64,000 nt of DNA from Armatimonadota bacterium (GTDB lineage: Bacteria > Armatimonadota > Zipacnadia > Zipacnadales > UBA5352), in assembly GCA_034722055.1 (NCBI GenBank), contig JAYENL010000256.1, forward strand, positions 744 through 64,743, read 5' to 3'. The stretch's first letter is position 1; each line of letters starts with the position of its first letter. A program made the translations under genes and the position numbers. The notes under the pieces are model-generated. The model was not told the origin of the DNA and did no database searches. It saw only the letters and a program-made list of their open reading frames with translations. Of this stretch, positions 52,767-60,941 are shown piece by piece.

Positions 52767-54716
52767 GTGTGCGTGTTGGACAACAGTCATGACGAGCGTG
52801 CCGATGATGAGCGTCAGTTGCCACCGGAGCCTGGTGAGGCCGAGGAGGGCCGGGAGGGCGCCGATGCGGAGCAGCCGGGCTTCCACTTGGAGGACCTGAA
52901 CGCTCCCCTGGAGGGCAACGACCGGCCCGAAGCTGGTGAGCCGGGCGGTGAGCCGGCCGCGAGTGACTCGCCGGCAGTTGCTCCCGACTTCGACGCCGAC
53001 GTGCCCGAGCCGCAGGCCCAGTCCCGGCCGCCGCGGGCCGCGACCTACGTGGCATTCGGTATCGTGGTGCTGGCGGTGCTGGGAGTGCTGATGAGCATTA
53101 CCTCCGTGCGGCTCTACCTTGAGCGCGCCAACATGGCGGAGACGCTGACGGCCTCCATCGACCGGCTGGCGGTGGTCTACGCCAGGCCGGGCGCCAGCGA
53201 CGCCTCAAAGCGCCGCGTGGCGTGGCTGAAGCGGTCCCTCGACGACGGCGACTACTCGCAGGCCCGGAAGGCCATAGAGGCCCTCGGCAGCCCGAAGACG
53301 CCCCCGGAGCCCGAAGGGGAGCTGCAGCCGGAGCAGGTCCTCGGGGAGCCCGGACGCCCCGGTGAGAGGCTGCCTCCACCGTCGGCGGACCGCAACCTGG
53401 CACCGGCGGCGCAGCAGTTCTTCGCCGCCCACCAGGAGCTGTGGCGGGGCTTCTTCGGCTTCTCCGCCGCGACTCAGCGCGCCGAGAGGGCAGGGGCGGA
53501 CGTGGAGGACCTCAAGCAGCTCCGCAAATCCATAATCAGCGCCGCGGAGGCCGGTGACGCCGAGGGGGTCGAGAGCCTGCTGGGTGAGGCCCGCGAGGCG
53601 GTGGACGCAAGGTCGGACGAGCAGATCCCGGACACGCTGGAGCAGAAGCTCCAGGAGTTCGGTGCCGCCTTCAAGAAGGCCCGCGAGGAGCGGCGCGACG
53701 TGCGCAAGGCCGCCAGACTCGCCCAGCAGTCCGAGCAGGCGGCTCGACAGGGGAGGTTCAAGCGCGCTGAGGAGCTCATCGACCAGGCCACCGACGCCCT
53801 GGAGGAGGCCCCCCGCATGCGCCCGCAGGGGCCGCCGCGCCAGGGTCGAGGGCCGCGCGGTGCGCCGCGGCCCGGGCCGGAGGCCGGCTTCTTCCGTTTC
53901 GTCGCGGAGCTGACCAGCAAGGTCATGAAGATGGAGGAGCGGGACCTCACGCAGATCTGGGACTCCATCAACATCGCCGCCGGCGCCATCCGCGAGAAGA
54001 ACGCCGAGCAGATCCGGGAGATCCTGGGGGAGGCACGGGACGCCCTTCACGACATCGGCGACCGGCGGCGCACCATGAGCGCCACCATCCAGCAGGCCCA
54101 GGAGCAGGTCCGCTCCCGGCGCGCTCCCGACGAGCGGGAGGAGCGCGCCGAGCAGCAGGAGGAGCGGATGGAGGCGCTGATGGCCCGCATCGGGGACATC
54201 CTCGCGCAGGTTCGGGAGATGCCCGAGGATCAGTTCCGGGCCAACCGACGGGCAGTCGTCCGGCAGCTCCTGGCGGCGCTGCGGGCCCCGGCCGGGCCCA
54301 GCCCCGCGGAGGAGATGACGCCGGAGGAGCGCGTGCGGGCCAAGATACCGCTGGCCGGCGAGATGTACCTGCGATTCAAGCGCAAGGCCGACGCGGAGAC
54401 CCCCGAGTTGGACGCGCTCTTCGAACAGGCCCGCGAGCTGATCATCGAGCACCGCTACGAGGAGGCGGAGGAGCTGGTCGATAGCGGTGTCGGCCGCATG
54501 CGCAGCACGATGGGCGGGGAGGGCGATGGGCCGCCCGGCGACGACACGCTCCCGCCCCCGCCCAAGCCGCTGGAGGAGCAGCCGCACCTCGACCTGCGCG
54601 GGATCGGCGCCGACGAGCCCATCGTGGCGCCACCGCCCGCGGTCGGGGAGGACACGCAGCTTAACCTGAACACCGACCTTGAGACCGAGATGCTTAACCG
54701 GGAGAGGGAGCAATGA
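52767..54716 (+). CDS. Single-pass membrane protein: acidic disordered N-terminus, TM helix, ~530-aa E/R/A-rich predicted coiled coil
   Basis: TM 'ATYVAFGIVVLAVLGVLMSITSV'. The remainder is heptad-like charged helix with no catalytic motif recognised. The start is ambiguous (GTG 52767 / GTG 52773 / TTG 52776). Confidence 0.55.
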   Translation: MCVLDNSHDERADDERQLPPEPGEAEEGREGADAEQPGFHLEDLNAPLEGNDRPEAGEPGGEPAASDSPAVAPDFDADVPEPQAQSRPPRAATYVAFGIVVLAVLGVLMSITSVRLYLERANMAETLTASIDRLAVVYARPGASDASKRRVAWLKRSLDDGDYSQARKAIEALGSPKTPPEPEGELQPEQVLGEPGRPGERLPPPSADRNLAPAAQQFFAAHQELWRGFFGFSAATQRAERAGADVEDLKQLRKSIISAAEAGDAEGVESLLGEAREAVDARSDEQIPDTLEQKLQEFGAAFKKAREERRDVRKAARLAQQSEQAARQGRFKRAEELIDQATDALEEAPRMRPQGPPRQGRGPRGAPRPGPEAGFFRFVAELTSKVMKMEERDLTQIWDSINIAAGAIREKNAEQIREILGEARDALHDIGDRRRTMSATIQQAQEQVRSRRAPDEREERAEQQEERMEALMARIGDILAQVREMPEDQFRANRRAVVRQLLAALRAPAGPSPAEEMTPEERVRAKIPLAGEMYLRFKRKADAETPELDALFEQARELIIEHRYEEAEELVDSGVGRMRSTMGGEGDGPPGDDTLPPPPKPLEEQPHLDLRGIGADEPIVAPPPAVGEDTQLNLNTDLETEMLNREREQ

Positions 54717-55705
54717 GAGTCGCCTTCATCGGCGTGGGACACTGGCACGCCCCCGAGTTCTATCTGCCGGCCCTGCTGAACCGCGACGTGGAGATGGTGG
54801 GCATCTCCGACGCAGATCGGGAGGCCGTGGACCGCATTGGAGCCGAGTTCGACCTTGACTGCCCGCAGTTCACGGACTTCCGCGAGCTGCTGGATGAGGT
54901 GGAGGCGGACATCGTATGGTCCTCGGCCCCCCATGACGAGATGGCCCAGATTGCCGCCGAGCTGATCAGGCGCGAGCAGCCCTTCCACATGGAGAAGCCG
55001 ATGGGGCTGGACTGGACCGTGCTGCAGCCGCTCGCCGCCCGCGCCGAGCAGAAGGCCCTTTTCACCTCCGTGGCCCTGGTCAGCCGCCACTACGGGATGG
55101 TCCAGCGCCTGCGACAGATGCGCGAGGGCGGGGAGCTGGGCACGCCGGTGCACTACTATTACCGGCTCTTCGCTGGCAGCCCTGAGCGGTACGTCGAGGC
55201 GCACTGCGAGTGGATGCTGGACCCGGCGCGCTCGGGCGGCGGCCCGCTGTTCAACTTCGGCCCCCATGTCATCGACCTGTTCATCTACCTCATCGACGAT
55301 GTGCGGGAGGTCACGGCGCGGTGGAGCCACGGGCTGCGCCACGCGGAGATTGAGGATCACGCCTCCCTGACGATGGTGGGCGCGGAGACCGGCGCCGTCG
55401 GCGTCGGCGAGGTCTCCTACACCATGCCGGAGGGCTACGAGCGCTACTTCTCGGTGACCACCGACCGCCTGCACGTGGGCGGGGACGTGGGCGACGAGGA
55501 CCTGGCGATGCGCGAGGGCCGGAGCGAGCACGTGAGCGGCATGAGCGGGCTGGAGGTCTACGACCACTACGTGGGCGATACCCTGGACCGCTTCCAGGCC
55601 GGCGAGAGGGCCGTCGCCACCATCAGCGACATGGTGCCCGTCCTCCGCGTCATGAACGCCGCCGTCGAGTCCGCCGCCGTGGGAAACACGGTGGTGCTGG
55701 GGTAG
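54713..55705 (+). CDS. Gfo/Idh/MocA-family NAD(P)-dependent oxidoreductase
   Basis: ATGA overlap with the upstream stop. The N-terminal Rossmann segment 'MRVAFIGVGHWHAPEFYLPALL' plus a C-terminal alpha/beta dimerisation domain of typical length (330 aa). Confidence 0.8.
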   Translation: MRVAFIGVGHWHAPEFYLPALLNRDVEMVGISDADREAVDRIGAEFDLDCPQFTDFRELLDEVEADIVWSSAPHDEMAQIAAELIRREQPFHMEKPMGLDWTVLQPLAARAEQKALFTSVALVSRHYGMVQRLRQMREGGELGTPVHYYYRLFAGSPERYVEAHCEWMLDPARSGGGPLFNFGPHVIDLFIYLIDDVREVTARWSHGLRHAEIEDHASLTMVGAETGAVGVGEVSYTMPEGYERYFSVTTDRLHVGGDVGDEDLAMREGRSEHVSGMSGLEVYDHYVGDTLDRFQAGERAVATISDMVPVLRVMNAAVESAAVGNTVVLG

Positions 55706-55758
55706 CTGTCGCGGCGGCGGAGTCAGAGCCCGACGGACGCCTTCAGGGGACATGCGCC

Positions 55759-56310
55759 GTGACGGGTGAGGGACGCACCGAGATCTATCGCATCGGGCCG
55801 CCGCTGGCTTACCTCTACGGAGGGGTGCTGCTGCCGGTCGCCGCTGGGATCGCCGTGGGGCACGTCCACACCGACTACCTGTGGGATGAGGATCGGCTGG
55901 TCATGGCGGGCATCGCCGCGCTGACCTTCGGGGGGCTGGCCGCCTGGAACATCCTCCGCGCGTACATCCCCGCCGTGATCCTCGCGGATGAGCGCCTGTG
56001 CATCCGCGAGTGGTACGGCACGTCGCGCTGCGTGCCCCTGGATCGTATCCAGCGGGTGACGTGGAGCTTCCACTATGCGGCCGGAGGCCTGCTGCTCGAC
56101 AGCCCGGAGCGGGCCTGGCTGGAGGTCGAGGTGATGCGCGAGAGCGGACGCCTGCGCCGCCTGGTCGTGGACTACGGCGGCCGCCGCCGGCACGGCGAGA
56201 TGCAGCGACTGGTGCGCGAGCTGAGCCTCCGCGCGAGGCTGCGCTGGGCGGACGGTAACTCGCTCGACGGGCTCACGGAGATCGGGGGCGAAGTCGTCCT
56301 GGAGCGATGA
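55759..56310 (+). CDS. Hypothetical membrane protein (two TM helices + small cytoplasmic beta-rich domain)
   Basis: GTG start. TM helices 'LAYLYGGVLLPVAAGIAVG', 'LVMAGIAALTFGGLAAWNIL'. High GC3. No family recognised. Confidence 0.45.
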   Translation: MTGEGRTEIYRIGPPLAYLYGGVLLPVAAGIAVGHVHTDYLWDEDRLVMAGIAALTFGGLAAWNILRAYIPAVILADERLCIREWYGTSRCVPLDRIQRVTWSFHYAAGGLLLDSPERAWLEVEVMRESGRLRRLVVDYGGRRRHGEMQRLVRELSLRARLRWADGNSLDGLTEIGGEVVLER

Positions 56311-56678
56311 GGGAGCTTACGCCTCGTAGGCATCAAGCGGGGCGCCGCGCGAAGGGCGCAAGTGAGCGCCCGCACACTTCGGTAACCCGTGGGGCAGGCT
56401 GCCAGCCTGCCATCGCCCGGAGGGCGACTGACGTTCGAGCGCGCCCTCAATGGTGCGGCAAGGAATGGTGGCCCGGCCTCCTCCGGCTGGCTCGCAGCCG
56501 TCGTCGTGCTGCCTCTCCGAGGACAACCACAACCACTGACGAGGGCCGCCCGTAACTGGCAATCCACGGATGCACCCCACGCCTGGCGGCAGGAATCGGC
56601 GTGCTCGACATCGAAGCGGCTTGCGGCCGGAGAACGGCACTTCTATCGCTGGCGAGGCGCCGGAGAGAGGGATCATGG

Positions 56679-57659
56679 ATGCTGACGGCGGAGAAGCTGA
56701 AGCGGGCGGCGAAGGCCATGGGGGCCGATCTGTGCGGGATCGGCACGCCGGACCGCTGGGAGGGCGCGCCGAAGCAGATGGACCCGCGCTACATCATGCC
56801 CGAGGCGAAGTCGATCATCGCCTTCGGCTTCCGCATCATGCGCGGAAGCCTCCGCGGCATCGAGGAGGGTACGTTCTTCAGCAACTACTCGTCGATGGGC
56901 TACGGGGGCCTGAACTGGCTCTACATCCCCCATGCCATGATCAACATCGCCAAGTTCATCGAGGACCACGGCTACGAGGCCATCCCCCTGGGGCACCTCT
57001 CGCCATGGCGAGCCATCGACAATGACGGGAACCTCAAGCGAGGCTTCTCCCGGCCGGTGGAGCCCGGCAAGCCCTGCCCGGACATCATGGTGCACCTGCG
57101 CATCGCCGCCTTCTGCTGCGGGCTCGGCGAGATCGGCTGGTCGAAGGTCTTCCTGACGCCACAGTTCGGCCCCCGACAGCGCTTCGGGGTTATGCTCACC
57201 GAGGCCAAGCTGGACCCGGACCCCATCATGGAGCCATACCTGTGCGACCGCTGCATGCTGTGCGTGGATGAGTGCCCGGATGCCATCACGGAAGAGGAGT
57301 CCGTGAAGGTCACCATCGCCGGCCACGACCTGGAGTGGAACGCGCTGGACACCGATCGCTGCCGCGACGCCTTCCGCGGCGGGGAGTACGTGGAGAAGGG
57401 CGAGACCGGCCAGTACATGGCGGCGCGCGGCCAGACGCACATCAAGCCGGGGCCCATCAGCCCCTTCTACCGCAAGCCCGGCAACGTCTACATCCACGGC
57501 GAGGCCGTCTGCGGCGGCAAGGGCTGCATGCGCGCCTGCATGATCCACCTCGAGGAGCAGGGAAAGGTGGGCAACCAGTTCCACTCGCCATTCCGCCGCA
57601 AGAGGCTCTGGCGCGTGGACTGGTCGCAGCCCGATCCGCTGGAGACCGAGGACCAGTAG
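56679..57659 (+). CDS. RdhA/QueG-superfamily Fe-S protein (COG1600-like; reductive-dehalogenase / epoxyqueuosine-reductase fold), paralog A
   Basis: GGAGAGAGGG lies before the ATG at 56679. 'LKRAAKAMGADLCGIGTPDRW', 'AAFCCGLGEIGWSKVFLTPQFGPRQRFGVMLTEAKLDPD' (the family's AGLGxIG...P.fGp block). Ferredoxin motif 'CDRCMLCVDECP'. A second Cys cluster 'CGGKGCMRAC'. Confidence 0.75.
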   Translation: MLTAEKLKRAAKAMGADLCGIGTPDRWEGAPKQMDPRYIMPEAKSIIAFGFRIMRGSLRGIEEGTFFSNYSSMGYGGLNWLYIPHAMINIAKFIEDHGYEAIPLGHLSPWRAIDNDGNLKRGFSRPVEPGKPCPDIMVHLRIAAFCCGLGEIGWSKVFLTPQFGPRQRFGVMLTEAKLDPDPIMEPYLCDRCMLCVDECPDAITEEESVKVTIAGHDLEWNALDTDRCRDAFRGGEYVEKGETGQYMAARGQTHIKPGPISPFYRKPGNVYIHGEAVCGGKGCMRACMIHLEEQGKVGNQFHSPFRRKRLWRVDWSQPDPLETEDQ

Positions 57660-57760
57660 CAGCTCTTGCCCCGGTGCTGAATCGCAGAAGCTCGCTTACC
57701 ATCCGGCGTCACAGCAAGACGGCCGCGCCCGAGGATGCGAACTCCAAGTGTCGGTGGAAT

Positions 57761-57823
57761 GCGCGGGCGAGGGCGCCCGCGCCCCAGTACTTAGCTGGGT
57801 TGCGGGCGCCCCCGCCCGCAACC
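57761..57823 (+). repeat. Two tandem GC-rich hairpins sharing a GCGGGCG/CGCCCGC core
   Basis: 57761-57782: GCGCGGGCG-AGGG-CGCCCGCGC (9 bp). 57798-57823: GGTTGCGGGCG-CCCC-CGCCCGCAACC (11 bp). Read directly. They start about 100 nt downstream of paralog A. Confidence 0.5.
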
Positions 57824-57942
57824 GACAATCTCAGGCCCTATACGCGCGCGAGGCATCGAAGCCGTGCCTGCCGGTCACTTCGCCGCCCCGCTGCCGTTGT
57901 CGTTCGTTGATAGCTCGTAGCTCGTGGCCCGTAGCTGACACC

Positions 57943-59010
57943 ATGCGATTCGCAATCGGGTACCAGCTCCCCGGCGACGACGACGAGGCCATCGTCGATA
58001 TCATCGCCGACTACGCGGAGCATATCGCGGAGGTCTACTTCCCGTGGGCGGACATGCCCTCGGGGCGCGCGCCGCTGGCGAGCCGCCGCGGGTACACGGA
58101 CTGGACCGCCCAGCGGCACCTCGAAGGGGATCTGGTCCGACTTCGCGAGCTGGGCGTGCGGCTGGATCTGCTCTTCAACGCCGCGTGCTACGGCGGCGAC
58201 GCCATCAGCCAGCGGCTGGAGAACACGGTGCGCTCGGTGCTGGACTACCTCGATGCGCTGGTCGGCGGCGCGGATATCTGCACCACCACCTCCCCGTTCG
58301 TGGCACGCACCGTCCAGAAGTACCACCCTGAGGTTGAGGTCCGAGCCTCCATCAACATGCGCATCGGCACCATCAAGGGGATGCAGTACCTCGCGGATGT
58401 CTTCGACAGCTACCACGTGCAGCGGGAGCACAACCGAGACCTGGCGTACCTGCGCGAGCTCAAGGCCTGGGCCGATGAGCAGGGGAAGCGCCTGACGATG
58501 CTGGCCAACTCCGGCTGCATGATCCACTGCTCCGGCCAGAGCTTCCACGACTGCATGGTGGCCCACGAGGCGGAGATCGACGAGACGCTCAACGTCACCG
58601 ACTGGGAGGCGCACACCTGCTGGCGATACCTGCAGGAGCCGGACAACTGGGTGAGCGTGCTGCAGAACACCTGGGTGCGGCCGGAGGACCTGCACCACTA
58701 CGAGGGGCTCTTCGAGGTCGTGAAGCTGGCCACGCGCATGCACGCCAGGCCCCGGGCGGTCATCGATGCCTACGTGAATCAGCGCTTCCGGGGGAACCTG
58801 CTGGACCTGATGGAGCCGGGCTTCGGGCCGGCCTTCGCGCCGCATATCATCGACAACACGCGCTTCCCGGACGACTGGTTCGAGCGCACCTCGACGTGCG
58901 ACCGCCGCTGCCATGCGTGCGAGTATTGCAGACAGGTCTTTGACGCAGTGCTGGTGGATCTGGGCGGCAGAGAGAACGGCGGGCCGGACGGTGGTCCGGC
59001 CCCTCCATAA
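57943..59010 (+). CDS. Cys-rich hypothetical protein, possibly a U32-peptidase-like TIM-barrel Fe-S protein; its last 13 codons lie inside the REP element
   Basis: ATG at 57943. The N-terminus 'MRFAIGYQLPGDDDEAIVDIIADYAEHIAEVYFPWADMPSGR' recalls U32/UbiV-like starts (MKYSLG...). Cys clusters 'NSGCMIHCSGQSFHDC' and 'CDRRCHACEYC'. Family unverified. Confidence 0.5.
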   Translation: MRFAIGYQLPGDDDEAIVDIIADYAEHIAEVYFPWADMPSGRAPLASRRGYTDWTAQRHLEGDLVRLRELGVRLDLLFNAACYGGDAISQRLENTVRSVLDYLDALVGGADICTTTSPFVARTVQKYHPEVEVRASINMRIGTIKGMQYLADVFDSYHVQREHNRDLAYLRELKAWADEQGKRLTMLANSGCMIHCSGQSFHDCMVAHEAEIDETLNVTDWEAHTCWRYLQEPDNWVSVLQNTWVRPEDLHHYEGLFEVVKLATRMHARPRAVIDAYVNQRFRGNLLDLMEPGFGPAFAPHIIDNTRFPDDWFERTSTCDRRCHACEYCRQVFDAVLVDLGGRENGGPDGGPAPP

Positions 59011-59108
59011 CGGCATGGGCCGGTCGCTGTCGTCCGGGGCCGTTGCCGTCCGGAGCGACGCATGTTCACATGCGTCGAGTCGTTCGTCGCTGTCGTCGGT
59101 TGCTGCCG
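58972..59108 (+). repeat. REP/BIME-like composite repeat, left copy
   Basis: Contains hairpin H1 GGGCCGGAC-GGTG-GTCCGGCCC (58981-59002) and hairpin H3 CGACGCATG-TTCA-CATGCGTCG (59056-59077). Similarity to the right copy decays after nt 118. Confidence 0.85.
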
Positions 59109-59145
59109 TTGGTCGTGACGCGAGCGCCCCGCGCTTGCGTGGAGA

Positions 59146-59165
59146 GGCCGGACCACCGTCCGGCC
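59146..59165 (-). repeat. Inverted solo copy of REP hairpin H1 (GGCCGGAC-CACC-GTCCGGCC)
   Basis: Exact reverse complement of the H1 core, located between the left repeat and the RAYT start. Confidence 0.8.
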
Positions 59166-59275
59166 TGCTGTTATGCCGTGGCCGATTCGAGGGGTGATCC
59201 GCACTGCATGAAGATGAGGACCAGCGCCGGAAGCATCCGCATCGTCTGCCGCGTGAGGCCTACCGAAGGCCATTT

Positions 59276-59722
59276 GTGCCGGTGTTCTTTACGATCTGCA
59301 CAAAGCGCCGCCGGCCGTTCCTCGCCCAACGCCGGGTTGCTGACGTGATCGTCAGCGCTCTGCAGCAGAATGCGCAGATCCACGGCTGCGCAGTCATCGC
59401 GTATTGCATCATGCCCGACCACCTGCATCTCGTGGCGTGCGTGTCTCGCCGCGGCGGCGACGTGCTAAGCATGGTGGAGGGTTTCAAGAAGACGACCGGC
59501 GGGGCGCTGCAGCATGTCGCGGGAGGCACGGTGTGGCAGCGGAGCTTTGATGATCGACATGCAAGACGCGATGACGACGTGAAGGCAATGATTGACTACA
59601 TCCTCAAGAATCCGCGGAGAGCCGGACTGTGTTCGCCAGATCAGGAGTGGCCGTACGCTGCCTTCTCGGGGTTCCCAACACCTGAGAACGGCGGGCCGGA
59701 CGGTGGTCCGGCCCCTCCATAA
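59276..59722 (+). CDS. REP-associated tyrosine transposase (RAYT; Y1/HUH, IS200-like TnpA fold)
   Basis: HUH motif in 'YCIMPDHLHLVAC'. Catalytic Tyr motif 'DYILKNPRRAGL'. 'FFTICTKRRRPFL' beta-1. The last 13 codons and the TAA lie in the right REP. In-frame homology ('HRLPREAYRRPF') continues upstream of the GTG at 59276 with no canonical start. Confidence 0.8.
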   Translation: MPVFFTICTKRRRPFLAQRRVADVIVSALQQNAQIHGCAVIAYCIMPDHLHLVACVSRRGGDVLSMVEGFKKTTGGALQHVAGGTVWQRSFDDRHARRDDDVKAMIDYILKNPRRAGLCSPDQEWPYAAFSGFPTPENGGPDGGPAPP

Positions 59723-59820
59723 CGGCATGGGCCGGTCGCTGCCGTCCGGGGCCGTTGCCGTCCGGAGCGACGCATGTTCACATGCGTCGAGTCGTTCGTC
59801 GTTGTCGTGAGTTGTTGCCG
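59684..59820 (+). repeat. REP/BIME-like composite repeat, right copy
   Basis: Same hairpins as the left copy: H1 at 59693-59714 and H3 at 59768-59789. Confidence 0.85.
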
Positions 59821-59872
59821 CTCTGTGACTCGCACCGGGCCGAGCCTGCCGCGGCATCAAAGGGCGGTTGCC

Positions 59873-60892
59873 ATGCTCACCTCAGAGAAGGTCAAGCGGG
59901 CCGCGAAGCAGATGGGCGCCGACCTCGTGGGCATCGCCTCCATGGATCGCTTCGAGGGCGCGCCGGAGCAGATGGACCCCCGCTACATCTTCCCCGAGGC
60001 CGAGGCCCTCATCGGCCTGGCCTTCAGGATCCCCCGCGGGTATCTGCGGGGCATCGAGGAGGGCACGCACTTCTACCAGTATCCCTCCATGGGCTACGCC
60101 AACATCAACGAGGTCTACGCGCCCATGGTCCTGCATGAGCTGGCCTGCCTGCTGGAGGACCACGGCTACGAGGGCGCGGTCTTCCGCAACACCGGTGGCC
60201 GCATGACCGTCTCGGACATGACCGGCGACCCTGACGAGGCGGCCGCGTACGGCCGCCGCGTGCGCTACTCCCGGCCGGTCGCCGAGGATCGTCCCGCCCC
60301 CGACGTGATGTTCCACTTCCGCATCGCCGCCTTCTGCTGCGGGCTGGGCGAGATCGGCTACAGCAAGCTGCTGCTCACCCCGCAGTTCGGCCCCCGCCAG
60401 CGCTTCGCGTTCATGCTCACCGACGCCCCGCTGGAGCCTGATCCGCTGTATGACGGCCCCGCGCTGTGCGACTACTGCATGGCGTGCGTGGAGGAGTGCC
60501 CGGCGGCGGCCATCAGCGTCGAGGAGACCGTGACCATCACTGTCGCCGGCCGGGAGGTCACCTGGGGGAAGCTGGCCGAGTGGGAGTGCTTCCACGGCTA
60601 CATGGGGAGCGTGCGCGAGACGAACCCGTTCCTGCCGCCCGACGCCTACGATGAGATCGAGGGCGTGAACTCGGAGGCGATCATGGCCGGCAGGGCAAAC
60701 CTGACCCCCGAGCAGACGCTGCGAGTGCAGCGCATCCTCCGCGGCTACTACGGCTCAGCCGCCGGCTACAACTCGGCGCTCTGTGGTGGGCGGGGCTGCC
60801 TGCGGGCGTGTATGGTGCACCTCGAGGAGGAGGGCGTGCTGGCCAACCAGTTCAGGACGCCCTTCCGCCGCCGCAAGCCGTGGCGTCTGTAG
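59873..60892 (+). CDS. RdhA/QueG-superfamily Fe-S protein, paralog B
   Basis: 'VKRAAKQMGADLVGIASMDRF', 'AAFCCGLGEIGYSKLLLTPQFGPRQRFAFMLTDAPLEPD', 'CDYCMACVEECP', 'CGGRGCLRAC'. Colinear with paralog A, and carrying an extra ~15-aa insert ('TVSDMTGDPDEAAAYGRR'). Confidence 0.75.
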   Translation: MLTSEKVKRAAKQMGADLVGIASMDRFEGAPEQMDPRYIFPEAEALIGLAFRIPRGYLRGIEEGTHFYQYPSMGYANINEVYAPMVLHELACLLEDHGYEGAVFRNTGGRMTVSDMTGDPDEAAAYGRRVRYSRPVAEDRPAPDVMFHFRIAAFCCGLGEIGYSKLLLTPQFGPRQRFAFMLTDAPLEPDPLYDGPALCDYCMACVEECPAAAISVEETVTITVAGREVTWGKLAEWECFHGYMGSVRETNPFLPPDAYDEIEGVNSEAIMAGRANLTPEQTLRVQRILRGYYGSAAGYNSALCGGRGCLRACMVHLEEEGVLANQFRTPFRRRKPWRL

Positions 60893-60941
60893 CCAACCGG
60901 GAGGTCGTAGCAAGAGACAGCATCGCCGCCCTGATCTCCGC

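Larger units (their letters stand above)
58972..59820 (+). mobile_element. REPtron-like unit: RAYT gene bracketed by two near-identical direct REP/BIME-like composite repeats plus one inverted REP hairpin
   Basis: See the component features. The 118-nt cores (58972-59089 and 59684-59801) differ at one position in my manual alignment. Confidence 0.75.

Noticed and set aside
56311-56678. Possible cobalamin riboswitch in the 368-nt leader of RdhA-like paralog A ('AAGGAATGGTGG', 'CCACTGAC'). A similar look at the URO-D leader on the minus strand of 43331-43700 ('GGGAATGCAGGTGG', 'CTTGCCTGCC').
   Set aside because: Only fragments loosely resemble the GGGAA...GGTG...CCCGCCACTG and ...GACCTGCC B12-box consensus, and spacing and pairing partners do not fit. 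An Infernal scan with RF00174 and related models would be decisive. I do not claim it.
58972-59820. Could the repeated units be a CRISPR array or IS terminal inverted repeats?
   Set aside because: There are only two direct copies of 118+ nt separated by about 600 nt containing a gene. The units are internally hairpinned rather than short uniform repeats with spacers, and no cas genes are present. The orientation is direct rather than inverted, and the enclosed gene is an HUH/Y1 enzyme. This fits REP/RAYT, not CRISPR or a DDE-type IS.
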